Notes under the pieces: generated by a model
Told to the model about the DNA's origin: nothing
Databases searched by the model: none
What the model saw: only the letters and a program-made list of their open reading frames with translations
From: Trichoplax sp. H2
Lineage: Eukaryota
DNA length: 64,000 bases
Direction: 5' to 3'
NCBI GenBank assembly: GCA_003344405.1
Contig: NOWV01000027.1
Location: 186,001-250,000, forward strand
Made by a program: the position numbers and the translations under genes
In this document: in pieces, positions 54,775 to 64,000 of the stretch
How the letters are laid out: each line of letters opens with the position of its first letter
Position numbering within the stretch: position 1 is the first letter of the stretch

Positions 54775-57700
54775 ATGTCTAACAAACCAAGAAAATCCAT
54801 TCCTGCTTCTGAACAAACTGTTGAGGATGGCGCAACTTTATTAGATCCTGCCTGGGAAAGGCAGCAACGCAAGGTAAGTTATACGATGGTCATGCTTGGA
54901 TAGAATAGCAAGTTTTTGTGTCCTCACAATCGCCAGATAGCTACCGTGTCTTTGTTATGTTGAAGCCGTGAGAAAGAGATTTATTGCTTTTTCTTGCTTT
55001 CTACTTTGGACTCCTAACAGTTCAATGTCGAAAGACATTGAACTGTTGATATCGATAAAATGATGGCATAAAAAAGTCCATCGTTATAAGATAAAGTAGA
55101 TGACGTAGTCATATTGTTCTTTCAAGTCGATATAATTGCTCAAAAAGTATTACATTTCAATATTTATTGGGTAGAAAACACTCCATAGTCTACAACTTGT
55201 AAATAGTCCAGTGTATGCTATTGTCGAGAATGATTGTGATGGCATAATAATCTTAATTATTTGAAAAGTGAATTCATAGCTTAAGCCGATAGCTTTTCCA
55301 ATACTAACCACGGTACAAGCCCGTTTTGATCGATTTTCCTCCAAAATACATGCTAGCAAGAGATGATGACTACTGCTATACAGTATACAGTAGTGTACGC
55401 GCATTCCCTAATCCCCCGACTGTATACGTGCATTTTTACTTGCTTTGATTGAGCCGATGAAATAACCAATCGATATAATTGTGCTTGAAGCTGAAGAGTA
55501 GTTGGAAAGCATAGTCTTCAAATGATTACTGGAGAAAATGCCGTTGAAGGCGCTACGCATCTGTGTAAAATGTACTAAGCTGTATATGTTACGAGTTACG
55601 GCTTAGGGTTATACACCGTTCCAAATGCAAATGGGAGTACATTATCTTGTCTCGAACTGGACCATTTGAAAATGGGATCGTGATCGTACGATGCTGTATT
55701 ATTGCTGTAGTGCAGAGTATTACACTGTAATTTCAATTCACTCCATTTTTTATACTAAGTTGATATTTGAAATAGCAACCGTGCTTCCATGCATGATACA
55801 TAATAGAATCTCCAATCATCATTCTTATGCTACTGAATGATTCGCATAGTAAGATGGCACTGATTTACTACATAATGATACCCTAGTGTTAAATATTTGC
55901 ATGTATGTATTCATTTTATTGAAATTGTGGAATTAGGTCATTAAATTGAAACTTGTAAGTACATTTTTCGCAGCTGGAGCAATCGATTGTAAGTACACGT
56001 ACAGCAGTACCAGAAATGTTGACAGGATTGGGTATACTTAGACTTAACATTGCTTGTAAAGGCAACAGATTGTGTAATGTCTGCACAACTAAAATGAGAA
56101 TGATGAAATTCGCACTTTTCAGTCACGTCTCATTACTAGCCTATCATAAAACATAAGAGACGCGTGATTTTACCTTGATGATGAACGATAACATCAGAGC
56201 TATTTACTGTTAATCTGATACTACACTTACCAATCGTTGCGATTGAATACATTGTCCATGTATGATTCGGTCACTATATTTTATCAAGTTTTCATATTTG
56301 TAAACTATACGATATATTAATTTATACAAAATTTTCAAGCATCAACGCCTAATGTGCAGCTATACAGAAATACCTTAACTCAAGTAGTAAATTGAATCAG
56401 CTTAATTTTCTATTAAATCTGTTATGATGATACTGTGTATTACATTGCATTGATGTGCAATTTCTGCCTGGGATAATACAATTTAAAACGTAGTGCACAA
56501 TTTTCCTTAATTCATCAGCAATTCCGAACTTTTTTTATTCGCATAAAATGTTATTTTTCACTAACTACACGCCCTCCATTACAGGAAGCCTAGTTGATAC
56601 ACGTAAAGTATTTACTAAGCCAAGTGAGTCCACAATAATCATATTCAAAACTTATGAATTTCTTTATTAATTTCTAGACCTTCACAGCTTGGTGTAACTC
56701 GCATCTCCGTAAAGTTGATATCACTATCAATGAGATTGAACAGGATTTACGAGATGGCTTGGCGCTAATTAAATTGTTGGAAGTGATTGCAAGCGAGAAA
56801 TTGCCTAAACCAGAGAAAGGCAAAATGCGTTTTCACAAAATTGCTAATGTAAACAAAGCGCTAAATTTTGTTATAAGCAAAGGAGTAAAATTGGTATCCA
56901 TTGGTGCTGAAGGTCAGTTTATATTAATTTAATAACTTAAATTGCTGTTGCAACAATAGTATGCGCGTATATTATGATTATAGAAATGGTAGAATCCGGA
57001 ATATTATCATACAATTCGAAATCTTAGGTTACTACTTATGAAAACTCTTAGATTCCCTAAAAATACTATTTAGTGATTAAACTGTACCGTATGCGTATTT
57101 TTATGCAGAAAGTATCGAAAAATCGCTTTTTATAGTAGTAGATATCAAACTTTGATAGATGCTATGTGCATTAATAGACGCTTCAGGGGAACAGTTTCCA
57201 TCCTAGTAATAAGTAGGCACTATATCATCATAACTGCTCGCTTTTCCATTACAGTACTGAATTACACGTAGTGACAGTGTGACACTAGGTGCTTAGCTGA
57301 AATACCAGGTTTCAATATTCATACTGTAGGGATAAACTCTTAGTGAAAGATCTTGTATTCCGTCATTATATACTTTTGAGGTTTATTTTTTAAAGTTGGA
57401 TGTCGATAAGCATTATCTGAACTATATTACTTTACAAAGACATTTGAAGCACTTCCTGCTGTATATACGCTTCTGCAACACTAACCTAGATTATTTTGAT
57501 GGTTCACTTGATTAATCATCATGATTAGTTCCTTTATTATACTCGTAAAATTTTATCAAGTTGAGAGATGTACTGTACACTCAACTTTCATAGCAACAAC
57601 ATTAAAGGAGATATTAACGCATTATATAAAATTAAAATAGAAACTTACAAAAAACTACTATCGATAGATGACGATAATTTGAATGCCTTGGATAATGCTA

Positions 57701-60700
57701 ATATTAAACTTATTAGCTTGTCTTATTGTTTAGAAATTGTGGATGGCAATCGAAAAATGACCTTAGGCATGATTTGGACAATCATTTTACGTTTCGCTAT
57801 CATGGACATTGCTGTTGAACGTTAGTAACTGTTTAAATTTTTAACTGATAGTTCAAATATTGTTTACTACAGCACCAACTTATGACTAACATAGTGTACC
57901 AGATGCACTTCAGGTGCAAGAATATTATTCAATCTCGTCTACTGAATAGAAGTGCTCTATTGATACATTTATAGAGAGTATTTCTTGATTTTGTTTATAG
58001 AAACCTCAGCTAAAGAAGGGTTACTATTATGGTGCCAAAAGAAAACCCAGCCCTACAGGAATGTTAACATTCGCGATTTCCATGCTAGGTATGTAACTTA
58101 CGGTTATGAATATACCTAATAGCAATTGTATCCTTCCTTATAACGTTTGACTTCTTATAAAATGATATCAATTTTTATATGAAACGTAATCATTTGCATA
58201 TGTCTTCTTTTGTGATTTATCTGCATTTTCGGTCAAGTTGGCAGAACGGTCTAGGATTTTGTGCTCTAATACATAGACACAGACCCGAATTACTCGATTA
58301 TCATTCACTTGATCCTGTAAGTAGGCGTACACATATTATGTAATTATTTTATTATTTTTTTACCCTATCGTAGTATAATTAATTTCTATTTGTACATACA
58401 TCTGTACCTCCATGTATGTACGTACTGTCCATGAGTATTTATGTACAGTATACAATACATAGATAAATCAACCTTACAAGATACCTCTGCATCATTGCAT
58501 TCGTATCGGATTTTATAGAATATTATGTATTACTACTCATTTATTTACTAGTCGACCATCGTGTACTTACTCATTTACTATTGTACTATTATTAACTTAT
58601 TAATTGAAACTATTAATTACCTTAATGCTTTGGACGTACAAGTCTTTATGATCAATTTCTCACGACAGTAATGAAATAATCGCATGATATTACACGACCT
58701 ACTTTGCCGCGTGTATTTATAACAACGGTACTCAATGTGCTACACTAAATAAGAAAGCTGACAAAGTCTTAAAATCTAGCTAAATTAATACGGAATAAAA
58801 GTATGAATCTTAGTTTCCTCCTTTTACTAGGAAAATGCAATTGAAAATTTAAACTTGGCTTTTGATGTTGCTGATAAAGCTCTTGACATTCCTCCGATGT
58901 TAGACGCTGAAGGTAATGTTTTGCACAATCCTCTGTCAATAAAGAAAGTATGCCTACTGTAACCCATCAATAGTTTTTATTCATTATTATTAATTAGTGC
59001 CATTATTATATCGTTTACAAATTACAATTATAATACTTGCTTTATTATCTCGTACACAAACTTGCAAAGTTAATATAACTAATACAATCATTATAGTATG
59101 TCTTTAGCAGATTGATCTGTTGTAATGTACCCTTGAATATCATAAAGCTAGGGAAACACTGGAAAACGACATGATAAAATATTGTGCATTATGAAACTTT
59201 TTGCGATTACAGCTGTAGTGGGTTGACGGCATGTTTCATCAAGCACATCATTTTACCCTCAGTTCGTATAGATGTAAAATACTTAGACTGTACAATACTA
59301 CTATTTCATAATATCGAATGTTTCGCTATATCAATAGCATTATTCGTGTTATATATTATTCCCACCCTTTCATCCGCACGATTAAAACGCGAGTTTGATG
59401 GTGCTTTTGAATTGTAGATGTAATATTGCAGTGAGTCATTTTGAGAAATTTTATTAGTCTCCCAAAACATACTCAGGAGACTAATGGAACTAAAAATTTA
59501 AAATAAAGTATGCAGCATTAAGTATCACTAGTGGAGCTTCTACTAGTTTCTGTAACGAAGGATGTAATACAGTATTAATTATTTTAATTCTGCAGACAAT
59601 ATTATGCTAAATAGTTGATATGCTTGTACATCGTGCATAGCAATGATTTCAATTGTACATAATTTTTGCATAGTAATTAGGATTATAACAGATGATTAAA
59701 AACAATGGTTTAAGAATCCAATGTAAAATGATTAATCTTTTTTCACTTATACAGATATATCAACGAAACCTGATGAACGGGCTGTTATGACTTACGTATC
59801 GTCATATTATCACGCCTTTGCCAGCTCTAGCAAGGTTAATAATGATACTTTACAGTTAATTATATTCTCAGTTTTCGAGTTACTAATAGCCATGTTATCG
59901 CTGTGTTATCTCATTGGCTTTCATATACTCTATAGGCTGAAATGGCATCTAAACGTATTGGCAATGTATTAGATGTTACGATGAAGAATGAACAAATGAT
60001 GGAAGAATATGAATTTCTTTCTTCCGATGTAAAAGCAGTATAGCTAAAAAGATTCATCTAGATAGTATCATATCTAATTATTGTCGGTCCAGAAGAAAAT
60101 TAGTAAAGGGGTTATCCCCTTAATACTATTTTTAATTGCAAAGGATACCGGGCAAAGATTTTTTAATGCCCCTCCAAACCGAATATCTATTTAAATTACT
60201 AAATTAGACGCGTATTTCCTGGCCATTCCTTAAAAGAGTGACTGGAAGCATACATAATTATATAATCAATACTTGATTACAAATGAACTTTAACACTATC
60301 ATGGCGAAGCTAACTTTTAACAAACTCTTATCGTAGTTGCTTGAATGGATAGCTGAAAAGATACCATGGTTATCAAGTAGACCAGAAGATGATAGCATCG
60401 AATCGGTTCAAGTAAGATTTTAGTTTTATAACTCAAATAATCTAAAATCTTTACCATTGGGCTTCAATGAATCTAACAATGTCATTAATAACGTAATCAG
60501 CAAGCACTAGAAGAATTTCGCACGTATCGATCAAGCGAGAAACCGCCAAAGGCCTCCGATAAGACGCGTCTCGGTATAATATTCAGTGCTCTGCAGACCA
60601 GACTTCGCATTGCTAACAGACCTGCATATGCTCCAGGAGATGGAAAAGTCATCACGGTACTGTAGTTTCATTTTACGGTTACCATGATTAATTGTGTATA

Positions 60701-63700
60701 GTTAAGTTAGCGCCGATAATTCATACATACATTCTAATAGGATATCAACGATGCCTGGGAAAATTTAGAGCGCGTTGAACGAGAATTTGAAGAATGGATC
60801 TACCCTGAATTTAGAAGGTCAGCAATATTATACTCGACTATTTACTAGAAGATATCCTTATCGGATTCACTTTAATTTAGATTGAAACGCTTGAGCTACC
60901 TCCTACAAAGATTTGAAAGAAAAAGCTCAAACTTAGAAAACTGGATAGAAGGGACGAAACCCTTCGTAGAGTATGGTGCCATTGATAGTTTAAAACTGGC
61001 TGAAGTATCGGTAGGACTAAATATCAACAAAGTTGCTGGATAGAATTATTTGTGTTATTTTGAAAGTCAAATCGGTATCTTTAGATAAACATAATATCTT
61101 CACAAATCTACTAAGTGTATATAGGATACGTATTTCTACTAGCAGCCTCTGTTACAGTTTAAATGCTTGCTATTTTAATAATGAAGCGTAGTATTATAAT
61201 TAATAGCTTTATGTGAGTTACAACTTCAGTGTAATATCGTAAATACTTTATGACTACGGGGTATGGGTAGTAACCGTTAGAATTGCAAACATATTGTAGG
61301 CATAATTCACGATTTTATCTAATACTTTCTGGTTTTACTTGCTGTAGGCCTTGAAAAAGAAATTCGATGCCTTCATGTTGGATTTTAATGCCCATATTGA
61401 TTCATTGGCTGTTATTGAAGGAATTGTTGAAGAAATAAAGTACTATCAATTTATAAAAGCTATTTTACTGCTTTGTTTCGTTCCATTTTAATCGATGTTA
61501 AACCGATAAAAATCATTGTTTGCTTATTAGCGTCATTTTTCTTGTAATATATAGTAATTTGGGATTTACTGAATCTGAAAGAGTTAATGACAGATTTTCG
61601 GTATAGTTCTTCATTAACTAACGTGGCATTTATATTTCTAAAAGTAACCAGTATGTAATAAATGCGTTTACTATAGAATCTACAGCAAGAATGGCAGTAC
61701 TTAGGCGATACCGCGAACAACTTTGGTGCAGAGATTGAGGTTCAATTTGCGACAGACATTCCTATTGATAATAGATGCATCTACGGCATTATGATAAATT
61801 TATGACTTTTGATGTTCTGTTTGCTCGCTATATTGATTTTATGTCTAATTATAGAATTGCCTTCAACGGCAACAAAGAGTCGATGAACTCAAACTTGAAT
61901 TTACCAAATTGGCCGCGGTATTTTTTAAAAGTTAATCACTGATTTTATTAAAGGCATTTAGAGTCACTAATTCTCTATTGCCTCCTATTTTATAATTTTA
62001 TTAGCCTGTCAACAAATGGTTAGATGGTGCTATAGAAGATCTAGAAGATATTTATGATGTAAACTCTTTAAAGGAACTCGAGGTGATAACTGGATAATGA
62101 GATTACCTAAAATGAAGACAAGATTCGTCTGCTTTCATAACAGTTTTTCGCTCATGTACGATTATAGGAATTAGAGGCTAGCTATAATGAACTAAACGAA
62201 GAATTTGCAAAGACGGAACCAGATAGAAATAGGATTACGGAAATATGTGAGAACCTAAAAGATTTTGGAGCAGCAGACAATGAGTATACTACCATAAGTG
62301 CTGAGGTAAGATAAACAACCATTGATGCTAGTTCTTTTATATGCGTAGTATCATTAGAACATCTTATTTGAATTGCAGGATATTGACCGAAAATGGGATG
62401 AAATTTCTGATTTGCTTCCACAAAAATCTGAATTACTGGCAGAATTTCGTAATAAGCAAATGTGTATCTTTAACATCGGATAATTTTATACCTAATAAAA
62501 CAATAAATTGATACAACGATAATATCTAACATTGAAGGCCAATACTATGTACGAAAATTATTAGCAATGCCTTAACGTTAATCTAACAGCTGATGAAGAA
62601 CTACGCAAAGCTTTCGCTGAAAAAGCAAATGAAATTGGCCCATGGATCGAAGAAAAAAACCAATACGTGGGTTATTATGTTCGTTCAATGGAAGGCACAT
62701 TGGAAGTAAGACAATTATACTCTATTTTACGCCATAGTTATATATTATAATTCCAACAATTCATCTACGATGTTATCACTAGATTAAACTATTGATGTTT
62801 ATATTATTAGGATCAGCTGGATAATTTACTTGGAATGGAACAAGAAATTAAAGCTTTTGGCCATAATATTAATGAAATCTTCGATATTAGTAAGGTAACT
62901 GCTTAGTATGTGAATCTATCGATCTATGTCGACTGTTTGTAAAAGCACATGAGTAATATAGCCATTTTGCTATGGAATTAAAATTTTTATAGAAAATACA
63001 CGATGCCATGATTTTTGAGAATCCTTATTCGAAATATACCATCGAGGTAATATATAATCATTATAAATTATCACATTACAAATACAAGCAATAACAACAA
63101 ATTTTGATTACAGTCTATTCGCTCAATGTGGGATGAATTAATAAACAGCGTTCATAGCAGTATCCAAGTAGTCGATAATGAGGTAAAACGATCTTGATTT
63201 CGGTATTACACACTTAAAATGGAAATTTTAACCTAAATTTAACTTTTTGCGAGTTAGAAATTAGCGCGAGACTCAAAGGGAATTACGAATGAACAATTGC
63301 AAGAATTTAAACAAGCCTTCAATCATTTTGATAAGGTTAGAGAATAAAATGCAACTAAAGTTTCAAAATGAGGTTTTAAGACAAAAATTTTATTCTTCTA
63401 GGATAAATCAGGCGTCTTGGAAATTAAGGAATTCAGACAATGCTTAGTTAGTGTTGGTCTTATCCCCGATATTGAGGTTTGCACAAGCAATTACCCTAAC
63501 GATTGATTGCGTTGTTCTAAAATTTTAATTTTATGTTATTATACAGACGAATGATGAAGAATTCGAGCATGTTTTATCAGTCGTAGATCCTGATGGATCT
63601 GGCACTATCACTATCCAGGAATATATCGATTACATGATACAGGAAATCTCGGAACAAGATACTGCCGACCAAATAGTCGAGTCTTTCCGAACGCTAGCTA

Positions 63701-64000
63701 ATGATAAGGTTAGCTTCTATCAATTATGAATGTCTAAATAATGTGCTTGTCAGTTTGCAATATAAATAGCTAGTAGATGGTATGCTACAGCTATCTGGTA
63801 TACCCCATATTTAGATTGTTTCGTTTATCTGTTGAGATAAATTGTATATAAGTGTACTTAAAGAAACGTATCTGTTTTCTCATTCCAATTCCTAAACAAT
63901 TACCAGCCATATATTACTGAAGAAGAACTCAGGCACGAACTCGCTCCAGATTATGCCGAATTCTGTATTAAGCGCATGATGCAATATGATCAACCTGGAG
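54775..64000 (+). CDS. ACTN: Alpha-actinin (2 CH domains, 4 spectrin repeats, EF-hands); 3' end lies beyond the window
   Basis: [127 protein letters not shown]. Four spectrin repeats follow, then EF loops [12 protein letters not shown] and [12 protein letters not shown], and [12 protein letters not shown] at the edge. Confidence 0.97.

Noticed and set aside
55603..55611. TTAGGGTTA telomere/template-like 9-mer in actinin intron 1
   Set aside because: A single short match is expected by chance in 64 kb.
1..64000. Prokaryotic systems (CRISPR arrays, operons, IS elements), tRNA and rRNA genes
   Set aside because: The sequence is spliced eukaryotic DNA. I saw no repeat-spacer array, transposase ORF, tRNA cloverleaf or rRNA motif.

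Overview
AT-rich, intron-dense eukaryotic (animal) genomic DNA with short GT-AG introns. Gene content, compactness and the (TACAG/CTGTA)n tracts suggest a placozoan such as Trichoplax (inference, not proven). In order: first exon of an unknown secreted, highly basic protein (minus); about 6 kb of apparently decayed LRR / LRR-GPCR sequence; a CXorf65/C22orf15-like gene (+); mitochondrial seryl-tRNA synthetase SARS2 (-); SPATA7-like (+); WDR74/NSA1 (-) head-to-head with a 19-kb BIRC6/Bruce (+); a mitoregulin (MTLN)-like micropeptide (-) head-to-head with FCF1 (+); and alpha-actinin (+, running off the right edge). The main highlights are the 60-aa mitoregulin-like smORF, which aligns without gaps to the human micropeptide, and a roughly 400-nt run of consecutive hairpins between it and FCF1. 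That run includes a 7SK-like GAUC/GAUC stem. All homology calls are by eye from remembered family motifs; no searches were run.
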